A DNA stretch of 64,000 nucleotides from Blastocystis sp. Blastoise (Eukaryota; Protista; Bigyra: Opalinata), in NCBI GenBank assembly GCA_039096225.1, contig JBBPEB010000034.1:930001-994000 (forward strand), given 5' to 3'. Positions 18,884-35,231 of this stretch are shown in pieces (positions within the stretch are counted from its first letter, which is position 1; the number at the start of each line of letters is the position of its first letter). A program made the position numbers and the translations under genes. The notes beneath the pieces were generated by a model. That model did no database searches. It saw only the letters and a program-made list of their open reading frames with translations, and had not been told where the DNA came from.

Positions 18884-21547
18884 TATATTTAATCTAAAGA
18901 ATAAATGAAAATATAAAATCCAAATTTTCTTTTTTTTATGGAAAAAGCTTTTCAGTAGTTTCTGTGTTACGAAGACCAATAGAAATCGCTATAAAGGAAA
19001 TCAAATGCGTCCAAATGAATTAAGGGCGGAACTTCTACCAATTAAACAGATTTTTAGTAATTGCATAAAAAAAAGAAAAATCTTTCACTAAAATGAATAA
19101 TCTTTTGATATTTCATTCTTTTAATGTCTAAAGCAACTATATAAATTATAAATCTATGAGTACGCTGAAGGAAATAATATTGATATTTGTTAAAAACAAT
19201 ATTTAGTAACATTTCTAGGAGATTCATTTGATTAAAAAGACGGACCAGTTTATTTGAAATTCATGACTATTGGTTTTGATTTGCTGTAATTGTTATTAAT
19301 TTCATTTTTTTTTAAATTGATAATAAGAAATTTCTCAAGCTATTGCTTTCAATAGTACTAATTAGTCTTGATTCACCATTCACTACTCAATAGAATTATT
19401 CCCTTGAATATAAAATTGTACTGATTTGTGTGGTTTTTATTATTTTAGTTTATGGAAGGTTCTATAATAAATTACATAAAACGAATATACTAAAAATGAA
19501 TAAAGAAAAGCTAAAATAAATAGATCTTATGGGTTTATGTGGAATAAATAGATCTGCGGGTTTCTAATTTTATATAAGATCGTTAATCACAGAATGATAA
19601 AATAACTTGATTTGAGCATTGAATCGTTCAATCACTCCAAGTACTTCCCAGATGTGCAATTAACATGATCAAGAACTATATATTTGGATAATAAGAGTAG
19701 CAAATAAGAAATAAAAAACATATGAAAAGGAATATAATTTCTTTTTGAAATAATACAAAAATGAAGATCATTGAAGAGACTAGTTTTCTATAAATATTAG
19801 GTATATATTGATTGTTTAAAGATTAGTGAAATTTCTATATTAAAAAAATGAATACCGTGTGAGGAACTTGATTGTTTCTATTATATTAATAAGATAAGTA
19901 AATATATCATATGTAAACAATTAAATATGTTTAATAGTGATTATAATAATACATTTTTTTGTATTACAATTAGAACAATTGTATAAGTATTTATATAATA
20001 ATAAGAGGATAACTGACATAAGAATTCACTAGTTGCTCATAATCAGAGTAAATAATTTAATATCAATAAATATAAACTAAAACGTTTTTCATTTATAAAC
20101 TGAATAAAAGAATTCTAATGAGTGTCAATGAATGACATTCTTTTTATTATAAAGAAGAATAATTCATTATTAAATAGTATTAGGAATGAATCGATCATAA
20201 CCTTTTAAATTCTCTAAATCTGGTTTTATAAGCTTATGATAGTTTCTAGAATAGTATTTTGTTGATACTCTTATGTTAAATAATAATATTTTTCTAATTA
20301 TTTAGATTTTACATAAAATCTCAATTAGAGAGATAAGAACAATGTTTTATTATCAAGAAGGGAAGCAATTATTGTTGGGTTCAATAGAAAAACTAAATCT
20401 ATATACATTCTAATAATATAGCCTTATTTCATTATATAATGAATAGAACAATCAAAAGAATAGTAGTTCAATTAATAGGAAAAATGTAATATTAAAAGTA
20501 TGCTTAATAATGCTCTTATGAATTTGAAACCATAATAATTGAAGTATTTTAAAATAAGTTGAATTATTAATATAAGTATCGATGCTTTCTATAATACAAC
20601 AATTCAATTTGAAATAATTTTATGTTCAATAAATTATTAAAGTATCTTTCTTTTTTGTATTTTTTTTTTATATTAAAAAATGAATCATTTATTATTTCAT
20701 TCATGGAAGATGAAAATGAATAGAAAAAAATAAAACTTCAACTAGATTTTACAAAAGTATCATAGTATTATCTGATATCTTCTTTTACATTCATAGAATC
20801 CAAATAAAAGAGAATCTTCTTCATAAAGAAACAAGATGTAGAATCAAGGAGCAATAAAATAATAATATTTTTTGTTTACGAACTGTTCTAAGTTTTCTTA
20901 TTCTGAAACAATTGGTGATTCTATTTAATAAAGAATAAGCTGTACTTTGATAATTTTGAACACTCAAATATTACATTACATACTTGCATTTTGAGGAATT
21001 TTGTGGAAAAAGAGGTTATATAAGAATAATGACTGCTCCTCTAATTTGTTTATAATTCTCAACATATGTTTGTATCAAGGGAAGAATCAATCTATATATA
21101 TTATGGTGATAATTGGTGGAATGTACTCAATAATTACTTGAATATTGACTTTTCTTATTTAAATCGAAAGATAAAATGAAGAAAGACATGGATTCTATAT
21201 TATTATTAATTATATTCTATCATATCGAAATAAAACTAGCATTTAGAAATGATTTTCTTTTAAATACTTAATTTCTGAAAATTAGTTATTAATCATGGCT
21301 GATTTGATCTGAAAATGGGAAAAATAATCATAAAATGAAAAAGTAGTTTTTGAGTGAATTCTTATAAGATAATCAAGTTATTTTCATCTTTATAATTTGC
21401 AAGTTTTATGCCATGTTATCTTGATGATATTCCATTTGTTATCATTATATATAGCAAAGTTACGTAACTTGCTTAATATAGAGTTGAAAATAAATTATTT
21501 TATAAATAATAATATTAATACTGTATAATTATTTACAAAATAGAACA

Positions 21548-22047
21548 ATGTCAACTGGTGAAATTCATTTATCTGAAGAAAAATGTATTATTGATAAAAT
21601 AGAAATCTTTATTTAGTTTTAGATTTATTCACTTTTCAAGATGAAACTCAAATTTTGGTTTTTAGAGAATTTATTGAGAAATATCCTCAATTACCTTTCT
21701 ATGATATTATTAAACATTCTGAGAAATATGAAGATGGCAGTTATTACATAGATATGCTTCCTCTTCACATGGAAAAGGTGATACAATTCTTGAATGATGA
21801 TAATATAGATATTTCTTTGATGAATCTAAAGGATAGTTTTGATTTATATAGTACACTATATGAGTATTCTATATTCATTAATGATGAAAAACAAAATAAC
21901 TTATTTTATCATGTGAAAGAATTGTTTATAAAATTTTTAAATGAACATAAGTATTGTGTTTGTCTTGAATATTCATACATGAATGACAATTGTTACAGTA
22001 TTCCTATGGAATTATTTAATTCAGAAAAGAAAGAAATACATATTAAT

Positions 22048-22125
<78 letters not shown>

Positions 22126-22348
22126 ATTAATAACACCAAAACGAAAAGATGAATTATTATATTATTCTCTTCTTTTTAAAATAATAAATGTTATTAGAGT
22201 GAAGATTGAATGTATATATATATAATGTAACATGAATAATAATAATAATCATATATATAGATCCATATGCATCGAATATTCCATTAGAATATATATGTCC
22301 ATCGTGTATTAAAGATATATTCCCTTCATTAAAAGAAATATGGATAAC

Positions 22349-22390
<42 letters not shown>

Positions 22391-22783
22391 CATATATATT
22401 TATGTATATAGTCGTTACATATTATAAGAAAAGTGGTGAGTTATTAAATCCAAATACTGATGAATATATGAATGAATATCATTGTTATTGTTGTCGATAT
22501 GGTTATATTCAAGCTTATAAATATAGAAATGAGAATTGTTACTATTATGGTGAATATGAAACATATCGTTATAATGAAATTACTACTAAAGAAATAAATA
22601 GAAATATATATTCAAATGAATTGTATGAATCTTATGATAAAAGAAGACAACATTATAAATTACCAAAATTATATAAAGAATCAATAGAAGAAGCTTTATA
22701 TATAACTGATTATTCAACTGCTATAACATCAAGAAAAACTGATGAAAATACATTAGTTGATACTATTATAGTTTGGTACGAAC

Positions 22784-22821
<38 letters not shown>

Positions 22822-23433
22822 ATAATAATTATTATTATTAATATATATATAGCTAAAGTGGATACACAACATTTATTGTATATATGAATATAAAAAATAT
22901 TTTCAAGAATATTTATATGTATAAATTATTTAATATATATATTAGTATTCAAAGATTTAATACGGAAATTGGTTTATCTCAATTACTTCGTCTTCCTTTA
23001 TTTTCTTGTATACAATGTACAACTGAAGGATCAGGTATTAATAATCATTTTTTTATTATAATATATATATATATAGAAGTTGATTCTGAATATATTACAG
23101 TTCCTATGATGAAAGCCTATAAAGATGTTCTTTTTAATTATATTTCAACGATTGAAATAAATACATGTATATTATTATTCTATTGTTAATGTTTATTTTA
23201 TAGTAATTAAATTCAATAAATTATCTCAGGATAATCAATTTTATAAAATGATTGAAAGTCATATATTTCCTAATGTTACAAGGTTAATATATGATAATGA
23301 AGATAGTATATATATTATATATATATATATATATTATATATATATATAAAGATTCTTTCCCATTATCATTAATAACAAAAGAAAATTTCCCTAAACTGCA
23401 TATTCTATGTTATAGGCTATGTGTTAAAAATTG

Positions 23434-23466
<33 letters not shown>

Positions 23467-25273
23467 TTAATAATAATAATAATAATATTAATAATCATAA
23501 TAATAATCAAAGATTTATATACATTATAGATGAAAATAATATAGAAGTATTATTTCCTAAGCACTTTCTAACAATGATTAATACAATTAACATGTATCCA
23601 AGTTGTTTAAATTCTGAAAAGTTTTGTTCTTTTTTAGATGATTTAGCATATAATCATTCCATACATCTTGAATTAGAAAATAGTAAGATCCATTGTTTGA
23701 GTCATGCAAAAGAATTATTAGAAAATGGAATTATTTCTTTAGATGATGATTATTTAAAAAGTATTGTTTTTTCATTATATATATATATATATAATGATCT
23801 CTATTATTATGATTTTTAATATTATTATTATTATATAGTTAAAACAAATGGCCATATAAACGATACTTTGTTAAACTATTGCGACTATTATAAATATTAT
23901 AAATTAAAAAGTTTTATTCTTCGTTTCGAATGTATTAAATATATATATATATAGAATTTAAATTAATATTATATATAGATATAGAGAAGAGTGAGAATAA
24001 AGAACATAATTATGAATATTATTATTCTGAAAGTGATGAGAAGGAAAAGAAAGAAAAGGTGGAAAGGGATTATAATGGTCATGATGGTGATGATTGGTAT
24101 AGTGAAGATGAAGATGAATATGAATATGAAGATGATGAAGATGAAGAAGAAGAAGAAGAAGAAGAAGAAGATGAAAAAGAAGATCATCATATTTTCTTTG
24201 ATGATATTCATGATATACCAATTGAAGAAGATATGAAGAATACATTAGAAAAAGTATTTAAATCTAATGGATTCCAAAGATTAAAAACATTTGTTTTCTA
24301 CTGTATACAACTATATTATTATTATCATTATTATTATATTATTATCATTATTATTATTTACTATATTTAATATTATTATTTTATTTATTATAGTAGAGGG
24401 AGCAAGTATAGAGCAATTAAGATGGATAGATAGTCTATTCACTGATAATACATTTATTCATATAGATGAATTAACTATTAATTGTATATCTAATTAATAT
24501 TATACTTATTATTATATAGTACATTATATGATGCCACAACCAGAATCTGAATATTTCCATTTAATTGTCAGTATTCTTAAAAAGATGATTCCTAAAGCTT
24601 CAGAAATCACACTATTTAGTATATATTATTATTATTATTTATACAAATATGGTGTTCATATTATATACATATTTAAAGGACAAAGAACATTTGACATAAT
24701 TAAACAATTAATAAATGATGGCTGCTTCTGTAATACAACTAAATTAACTATAGGTATATATATTTATTATTATTATATTATTATTATTATTATAGAAATA
24801 CATGATATTTCTCCTAAGAGTTTTTTTGATATATATACAAAAGAAAATTTTCATCAATTAAAAAATATTGAAATTAGTATATATAAATTTATTTATACTA
24901 TTTTAGTTATAAAAATAAATAGTGCTTAAAATAATATATATATATGTATACTTATATATATAGGATGTGATCCAAAGGATTGTGTTTCTTCATTTATAAA
25001 CACGCTATGTTTATATAATAATAATAATAATTTCCCTTCATCCGCTTTTATAAACATTGATTGTAAGAGAAATATATTATTTAAATAATAGTATTATAAT
25101 ATATTTAATTATATTATATTTATGATACTATTCTATAATGATAAGTATTTATATATATATTTATATAGGGTGTCATGATATGTGTGATTTCTTTAAATAT
25201 GATCCACAAACTTCTATTCTAAGATGTAAAAATACTACAGATTTATCTATAGAATATATTTTCATTGAAAAAC

Positions 25274-25343
<70 letters not shown>

Positions 25344-25715
25344 GAGTTAGTCTCAAAACTTGAAGAAGACATTTTTATGGAATGTATTAAAGAAAATAAA
25401 TTTCAAAATTTAAAATATATAAACATGAGTATATTAAAATAACAATATATATAAATAATTTTATTTATGTTTTAGAATGTGATAATAAACAATTTTTATC
25501 TGAAGTCGTTGATGCTATTATAGCTGGTAAAATTCCAAATATAAAAGAATTTATATGTAGAGCACGTATATATTATTATACTTTTAATTAAATATATATA
25601 AAACTATATATATAAATTAGGGTGTATTCAAGAGGAAAGAATTGATTTCCACAAAAAACAATTTCAAGATTCATTATTTATTCAGAAGAATCATATTTAT
25701 TATAAATTCTATTAA
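21548..25715 (+). CDS. Multi-exon hypothetical protein (BTB-like N-terminus, degenerate LRR-like FP.L..I repeats, acidic tract)
   Basis: Many short GT-AG introns. Segments include GSYYIDM...VIQFL, IFPSLKEI, IFPNVTRL, KENFPKL, KENFHQLKNI and a poly-Glu/Asp tract at about 24100-24180. Confidence 0.65.
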
Positions 25716-25721
25716 TTATCA

Positions 25722-25851
25722 TATTCTATTCTATTCTATTCTATTCTATCTTTTTTATTTTATTTTATTCTATTCTATTCTATTCTATTCTATTCTATTC
25801 TATTCTATTCTATTCTATTCTATTCTATTCTATTCTATTCTATTCTATTCT
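25722..25851. repeat. (TATTC)n pentanucleotide repeat
   Basis: Directly visible just after the stop of the 21548-25715 gene. Confidence 0.92.
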
Positions 25852-26719
25852 TTATAAAAATGGAAAAATGAAAACTGTATTTAAAATATTATTTATATAC
25901 TATATATTCAGTATTCTTTTATTTCTATATATCTAAATCAGGAAAATAAGTTATAATTATACAAGTCACTGTTGTTTATTATTTAAGAATATAAATATAT
26001 ATAAAGTTTTTGTTTTTAATGAAGTGTTAAACTTGACATATATAAGTATAAAATATGTAAAACAAATATTTATTCTAATTTTCCTTGATTCATAAACATA
26101 TGTTTCCATATTAATATATTCAATAGAATATATTATAAAATGTTTTAGTAATTTATTGTTTTAATTAATAATTATTAACTCATTCTTGTTCATTCAAACT
26201 ATAAATATCATGTTATTCACTTTTTAATTTAGTTTTTATTATTTATATGTCATTATACAATATGTACTATATTTATATACATATATATCATTTTTCAGAA
26301 TTGTTTTAGAAATAGAAAATTAATAATAATAGAACTAACATATATATATTATAAATGATAAAACTATATATGTATTATTAAGTTTTTTTTATTTATAAAA
26401 ATGGTATTTTATACATTTTAAAATTTTATCTACAAATTTCTAATTAGTTAATATATGAATAGTGATATATTAGTAAATAGAATTGTATGAAAAAAAACTT
26501 ATTATAAAAGAAAAAGATATAAAAAATACTATTTTATAAAAAAAAATAACATATAGTATTCAAAGAATCACTTAAAATATATATATATATATAACATAAA
26601 ATAGTAAATATCCAATCATATATTCATAATTATTTATACAAAAACTATAACATTAATGAAAAAAATTGAATAATATTGGTTCTAAAACAATGAAATAACA
26701 ATAGATCAAAAAAATAAAA

Positions 26720-29287
26720 TTATTGACTTGTGTATACTTCAAAGTCAATTAAATCAAAAGAATTTCTTTCACCCGGTTTATTAGTATTAACAAAGAAACT
26801 ATTTCCTAATTCAGGATAAGGAGAAATATAGGAAGGATTCTCTTTACATAAAAACATATTACAACCACTTACAAATTGATCTACATTGACTTTAGTAAAT
26901 AAATAAATACCATAACAAAATGTGAGTTCATAATCAGAAGCATTACTAGTTAATGCAAAACTTGAATATCCATGATTAATTATCAATTTAGTATAATTAT
27001 ATCCATAAGGATTTGTTAATGAGAATAAAAAGGCTTTTGAATCTGCTCTATATCCCATACCTTCTATATATATAAATATAAATATATATTTAATCAATAT
27101 ATATATATATATACTTTTAAGTGGTTTTTCCATATCTGTATGATTCTTTCCCCAACCAACACTAGTATATCCTCCAAATATATACGATTGACCATCTTTT
27201 CCTTTTCCTTGTATAATCACTAATGATTCTTTCTCATCACATTTCTCATGCCATTTCTTTACACTTCTATTCTCATCAGAACATCTATATATAATTATTA
27301 TTATTATATATAATAAAGTAAATAATTATAATTATAATATAATATAATATAATATAATATAATATAATATAATATAATATAATATAATATAATATAATAT
27401 AATATAATATAATATAATATAATATAATATAATATAATATAATATACCTATATAATAATTTCCATTTTTTATTTCCTTCAAACCATTTACTTAACTCAAT
27501 ACCCATTTCTTTATTAATAAGAATTGAATTTGGTAAATATAAATCAGGATTTGGTATTAATTCATATACTTCATATTCATCAACAATAAAATAATTAGAT
27601 TCCTCTTTTCCAGCTGTGTTCGTAAATACAGATCGGAATTGAGGAGTATTATTATGAGAATATACACTAGTTTTACCATTAATATAACTATTATTATTAT
27701 AGTAGCAATCATCACTAATACGTATATCCATAAAATGAGGACCACTAGTCTTATCACAGTATAAAGCGTTAAAAGGATCTGATACATCGTATTTTGTAGG
27801 AGGAATATTGTGCTCATTAATTAATGTAAATAAGAAAGATCCTCCATCATATTTATGACCTATATCATAGTATACTATAAAAAGCTAATAATTTTAATAT
27901 ATATACAATTTTCAGTTCTAGATTCCCAATATTGAGTAGTATATCCTCCAAATATATTAATCTTATTATTATGACCAGTATGCTTAATAATAGTAATAGT
28001 AGGACATTTATGATCACAATATTTATGGAATTCACTTGCTTTAAAGTCATGTTCACTTGCTCTATAAACATAGAAAAAAAAATAATATAATAATATATAC
28101 CGATATAATAACTTCCATTGTTTTTCATTCCCAAGCCAATTATTAAGACTATTTATATACTTAATATTTTGATTTAAAATAATGCTATCAGCAAAATTTG
28201 TACTTTTAGAAGTGGAATAACGAACAGATGGAGAACTAAATTGACTAATAATATTAGAAATAGAAAAACCTGAGGAATTATTTGTTTTTATTTCATTTGA
28301 AAAACTATTTTCCTTTGTATTATTATTACTCGAAATATTATTCACAATTTCATTCACTTTATAATGAGTAGACCCAGTTGGCTCCGTGTTTTTCACCAAA
28401 TTATTATTATTCACCAAATTATTATTATTCACCAAATTATTATTATTCACCAAATTATTATTATTCACCAAATTATTATTATCATTATTATATTTATTAG
28501 AATTCTTTTTTATTTCGTTAACATCTTTTTTCAACTGTTTAGTATCATTAATTATTATATTCATAGTATCATTCATATTCTTCAATTTATTTATATCTTG
28601 TTTAATAAGAGATAAAGAATTATTTTGATTAGAATTTATTTCTTTGACACACTTTACATCAAAGCGTATTTCATTATTTACCACGTCTTGTTGTTGAATA
28701 ACTTTCTTCAATTCATCATAATCATTCGAGAGTTTCTGAACTTGATTTATTATCTCATCATTTCTATTTCTTAACCGAATATTATCTTTAGTTAACTGAT
28801 CCAATTTTAATAGTACTTGAGACATGTTACTTGTTAAAGAATCCATTTTATTGTCTATATTCATTGTCTCCTTTTTTGTATACGTTATATCATCAATAGG
28901 ACCATTAGAATCATCATTTCTATAAGAAACAGTATTCAATTTATTAATTAATTGATCCGGAGGTTCCACTACATAATACTCAAAGTCTTCTTTCAATTCT
29001 TCAAGTTCTTTCTTCGACTTTAAATCAAGATAAATTGGTTTTCCATTCATATATTCAATGATCAAATCCAGATTTCTATCATTCTTTCCTACATATACGG
29101 CATTCTTATTAGGAATAACTGAAGTTAGCCAGGATTGATAAAAGAAACTATCATTCCAAAGAATTCTAAGCCTTTCTACAGAAATACTACAACGTAATTT
29201 ATCGTTATCACCAAAGAAGACAACATAACCTTTATCAACAAAAGGATAATTAGCAGCCAACTTCTCTTTCTCAAGATCACGAACCAT
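26720..29287 (-). CDS. BTB-like domain, coiled coil and two tandem TLDc domains
   Basis: WLGNEKQWKLLY/RASEHDF...IFGGYT...DEYEVY followed by a second WFEGNKKWKLLY...IFGGYTSVGW...KAFLFSLTN...DFEVY. Includes an NNNNLV tandem repeat. Confidence 0.88.
27333..27445. repeat. (ATAAT)n pentanucleotide repeat, intronic
   Basis: Directly visible. Confidence 0.92.
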
Positions 29288-30183
29288 CTTTTAATTTATT
29301 TATTGATTAAAAAACATTAATCAAAAAGAGACAAAATAGTTTTTTTGTGAAATCTAAAGAAATAGTGGAAACAGTCATTCGTTTCTCCATTCTTTAAACC
29401 AATTTTTTCAGTTTTTTTTCAGTTTTTGTTTGACAATTATAATTTTATAGATTAATATATATATAATGAAATGATTTGATTATTTTGGCTATGTGAAAGA
29501 AATTTTTATTCTAAATTATCAACACAAATTATTTAGGATAATCTTGCAAGTATAATTTTTTTAAAAATATATTCATTGAAATAACAATATATTGTTAGAC
29601 ATTTTGACATTTTTAAAGAAATTAATTCATTACAACAGTTGATTTTGTCAATCACATGCTCTAAAAGGTCAAAAGTGCCTTATAGTTTATAAATATAAAG
29701 CCATGGAATAGAAAAACACAATACACACCGTAACTCACTATTTTTGTTGGAAACATGTCTAAATTTATCTACAGATATATTACATTATTTTTTTATCAAC
29801 CATCCTATATTAACTAAATAATTTATTGTACTTTTATCGTAATTATTTAGAAATACAAAAAAATAATATTGAATTTGAAAACTATTATTACTTTAATATA
29901 TCTTACCGATAATCTAGATACCATATGTGATTCAATAATTGTATATTGCTACTGATTAATGAAGTCAATTTGTAAAAAACATGAAAATTGTCAACATTAA
30001 AATAGCTTTTTATGTATTTCAGATATCATATAATATAAATATATTAATATATTTTGAAATATAACTTGGTTTATAAAAAAAACTGAAAAAATGAATGTGA
30101 ATAATAACGAGGATACACACTTTTAGAGTAATAATTTCAATTTTCTCATGGTGAAGAGATTTTTTTTACGTTAATGTTTTATT

Positions 30184-31789
30184 ATGGTAAAAGAAAAGAT
30201 GGCATTTGATATTGATCATTTTAATAGATTGAAAGAGGATATCAAAGTATATGAAGAATTGATGAAAGACGTAGTTATTGTTTTCTCATCTGTAATGAAT
30301 CTTGGTATACATTCTGGGATATCACTTAATAGGCTTATTAAGCATATTAGAGACGATTACATTGAAAAGGATGACGGAAAGAATGAATTTGAAAAGAAAT
30401 CTGTCGATGAAAGTAAAATTAATGAACGTATGAATATAGATATCGATAATAATAACGAAAATAATGATATGGATTTGATTCGATTTACAAATAATGGTCC
30501 TGTTTACCAAATATCGAAATCTATTTTAGATTCGTTGAGAGGTTCTTTTATAGATGAACAACGTGATGAAGAATATAGAACAAATGATGGATCTATATAT
30601 CTTGATTATCCTGGAAATGATGGCTCTGTATATTATTTATTAGACTATTTGAATGGGAAAAAAGTTATTTTTGATTCTTTTTCTTATAAAGAGCAATTAG
30701 AAATATTGGATTTATTCGAATATTGTGGCTTAGTGATTCCTTTAGAATTAATAGATTGTAGAGTAAGAAGAGATACTAAGAAGAAGAAATATGAAGAAGG
30801 CGATGAAGTAGAATTGATTATTAATGGAAATAAGAATGATATTATTAAAGATTATTTAATTTATAATGAATTATGGAATACTTATGTAAAGAATTATGAT
30901 AATGGATTTATTGATTATTATCATATAGATGATATTTTATACATGAACAAACAATATGAATATATTGAATACATTAACCAATATATACATAATGGATATA
31001 TAGATATAAAAAAAGATGAAAATAATGGTATTAATAAAAAATTATTAGAGAAAGAACTAATTGAATTATTTGGTTATCAAGGAAGAGAAGAAACGAGAAA
31101 AGCAATGAATGGAAAACCAACTGTATTTATAGATTCGAAGATAATTGAGAAACGATGTTTTGAAGTTCCATTAGTCAATTGGCTGGGTAAAGAAAAGAAA
31201 TGGAAATTATTATTTAGGTATATTTATATTATATTTATTATTATTATTATTATTTATATATAGAGCAAGTGAACATAATTATTCTGTAAGTGAATTCCAT
31301 AAATATTGTGATTATAAAGGAGAAACAGTAACTATAATTAAACATAAAGGCCATAATAATCATATTAATATATTTGGAGGATATACAAATCAAGACTGGG
31401 ATTGTTCAGCAGGTATTTATATATACTTGATATAAAATATTTTATATGATTTATATATAGGTCAAAAGTCTTATTTGTGTGAATTTTTATTTACTTTAAG
31501 TAATGAACATAATATTACTCCTACTAAATATGATAATATTGATGGAAGATATGGAATCTATTGTAATTCGTATACTGGTCCTCAATTTGGGTATGATGGT
31601 GTTGATATTAAAATACAAAATGAATGTCATATAAAGAATTCTTCTTTTTGTGAAGCAAATACATTTTCACATAAAAATACTCCTCAAAAATCATCATTAT
31701 TTGTGAATACTTCTGGTGTTGACACTAGAAATAGTTTTATTATAGAAGATTATGAAGTATGGGGAAGAAACTATTCACCTTACTTTTAA
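30184..31789 (+). CDS. TLDc-domain protein, paralog of 5317-6988 (3 exons)
   Basis: Shares the MVKEK start, RFTN.G, RTNDG.IYLDYP, KKYEEGD, KKWKLLF|RASEH and EDYEVWGR motifs, and equivalent intron positions. Confidence 0.9.
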
Positions 31790-32203
31790 AATTGGTGGTA
31801 GTATTATTTTTTTCATTATATATATATATTTTATTGTTTTTATTCTTAATACTTTCATTCGTTTTTTTATGTAAATGTAAATTATATCAATAAAATTTGT
31901 TGTTTTTTCTTGAATATGCTCTTTTTCTTAGAAAAGAACAAACACAATAACCATTAATTATATATATATATAATGTTTTTTGCAAGTTCATTATTAGGTC
32001 TTTAAACATCAACAATATATGTAATCTATATGTATATTTAATAATTATAATTATTGTAACAAAGCATTTTTGTTTATGATAATTGACATATAAAAAAAAT
32101 TACAAAAAAAGAAAAGTTCAAAAGAAATTATAAACAGTGTATATATATAATAAATAATAAAAATAGACAAAAGAGATAATTCATTTATATTTTTTAATTA
32201 TGA

Positions 32204-33011
32204 TTATAATTCAAGTAGTTTTCTGGAGGCATCTGATAAGTTTTCTTGTAAATCTGGATTTTCAACTAAATATAAAGTGAAATTTTCTTTTAATGATTCT
32301 GAGAAATCAAATAATTTGGATAACTATAGAAACATATTAATATAGAATGAACTTTTATTTTTACAAAGTTTATTTGTATAACTCTAATTTAATATAGAAA
32401 AATATATATATATTATTATAATTAGTGAGACATTTTTTGAATATTGAATAATAGAAATAAAATGAATTGTATTATTTTATTATTATTAATATATATAAAG
32501 ATATATATATAATAATATATACTATATGGTCATCATAATTAATCATAATTTCTCCACCTTTTATTTCTTCTAATTCTAAATATTTTGCTAATCCTTTCAT
32601 AAATATAATATCATCAGCATTCCAATTAGTTTCTTTATTTGTAACAGTTAATATAATATTATGTATATCACTATGAAGAGAGATACGTTGATTATATATA
32701 GATATAATAGTATGCATATATAACTCTGGAAGAGGAGATAATTCAGACATTTCTTTTAAACTCTCTAATAATACCTATATATATATAGAGAGAGAGAGAT
32801 TAATTTTTTATAATATAAAAATTTATTATTTATAATAAATATTATTTAATTTTGTATTATATATATATATAATAAATATTATATATTTTTTTATATTATA
32901 TATATATATATATACATTATCTGGATATAAATTATTTTCGTTTTGAATACACAGGGTAATTAATGAAACGATTTGTTTTTTACGTGTACATGTATGTAAA
33001 TATACAAATAG

Positions 33012-33067
<56 letters not shown>

Positions 33068-35169
33068 GTTGAGGTGTCGTTTGATTGGTCAATTTACATA
33101 TAGTTGTATAACAGTTATTAACTATTTCATCAGAGAAATTAAATATACTATTTAATATATCAATTGTATCATTATACTATATAATAATACAGATATTTTA
33201 ATTATAATTAAAGAATTATGTAATTTTTTATAATTATTATTTATATATATATACAGATAACCATGGTATAAGAGGTATTTTAAACCGATAATCACGGGAA
33301 AGTTCAGTAAATGTCGATAATTTTAATGATATATCTTCATCAATATCAGGTGAGTTAGGAAGATTTGCTATATATATTTATATGTATATATATTATAAAT
33401 ATTATAAATATTATAAATATAATATATATAATATATATAATATATATAATATACCAATAGGAATTAAGCATATATATAGTAAATCATTTAATTTAGTTGT
33501 TACATCTTCTGTTTGTTGTTCTATTAATAAATCTTCAATAATATCTAAGAAAATAAGAAGTTTTTCACGTGAATATTCAGTAGGAAGAAGAGGAAGAAGA
33601 TTATTTTGGATCTATATATATATATATATATAATTGAATTTATTAAAAAAAGAGAATGAATATAAATATATACAAGTGACATTAATATAATTTGAACATT
33701 TGTTGAAGAATTTAAATAAATAGAAAATAAATCCTTAAATAAAGAATAATTTTTGGAAACTATAAAATAATGATGATATTTATAATAATAATATTAATAA
33801 TAATAATAATAATAATATTTATAATAATAAATAGTATTACAATTATAATAATAATAACACTAATAATAATATACCTAAATAGAGTAATATATTAATATGA
33901 CTATAAACATCTTCTTCTTTAACTTCTTCATCTTCTTCTTCTTTTTCAATTTCTTTATCAATATCTTCTTCTTCTTCCTCTATTATTATAGTATTAACAT
34001 TATCTTTATTTTCATAATTATTATCGGTTTTTTCTTTAGAAGAATGATTATCTTTTTCTTTATCTTCTTCTGTTTTTTCATTTTCAATTTCCATTGAAAT
34101 TTCATTATTTTCTCCCATAAAAAATGTAGAATCATGATTATTATCATTTATATCTTCATTCATATTACCAGAAATAGTAATAGAATTTGCTTTTTCAATT
34201 GCATAAGAATATATATCATTATATATAGATTCCTTTGTTATAAATAAATCAAGACATTTATATATATATCCATAAATAACACTCGATGAAGAATTCCCAT
34301 AAGATAATATACAAGTTAATAACTATATATATATATATATATTATAGTAACTATATTTATTTATTTATTATAATATTACTATAAAGAAGATATATAATTA
34401 TTATTTATTATTATACTATAATATAATTAATATAATATTATTATTATTTATATTGCCATAATAACAAATAGCTATATATATATATATATACTTGTTTTTG
34501 ATAATGATATCGTTCAAGTGTAATATCAGTTAATACTTCAACAATACCTTCTATATATACATCTTTCATATTTGGATGTATTATATAGTGAATAATATGT
34601 TTATAGTAGAGAAGAGAGAAGAGAGAAGAAGGAAGAGAAGGAGATTGTGATAATAATAAATAAAAGGATGAAGAATCAAACACAGTTAAGGATACTATAT
34701 ATATATATATATATTATATTCTAGAATATTTATAATACTAAATATACATAATTATAAATAAAAAAAATGTATATAATATTTATTAAATTGTTAAAAAAAT
34801 ATATCTATATATATACATAATTTCTTAATAAGTGTTGATAATATATATTCATATAATTGAGGACAATCTTTTATTAAATAACTCTATATATATAGTTAGA
34901 GAATACAATTTAATATTATATATATATACTTTATATAATAGTAATGCTACTAATTGTTCATTAGCTGTTAAATCAATAGAAATTGTATCTAATAATAAAT
35001 TTAAAGTAATATCTATATATGTATAATAATAATAATAATATTCTATTTCAATATTATTAATAGTGTATATTTATATATATACTATCTTGAGGTTTATCAC
35101 AAAATAAAAGCGATAATGTCACAAGAGACTGAATAACAGGCTTATTCTAGAAGATAATAATAATAATAA

Positions 35170-35231
<62 letters not shown>

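Noticed and set aside
19000-21500. Long intergenic stretch as a hidden gene or element
   Set aside because: No ORF, splice pattern or terminal repeats that I can support.
28392-28480. 18-bp tandem repeat as a CRISPR-like array
   Set aside because: No spacers; it encodes NNNNLV repeats in a TLDc gene.
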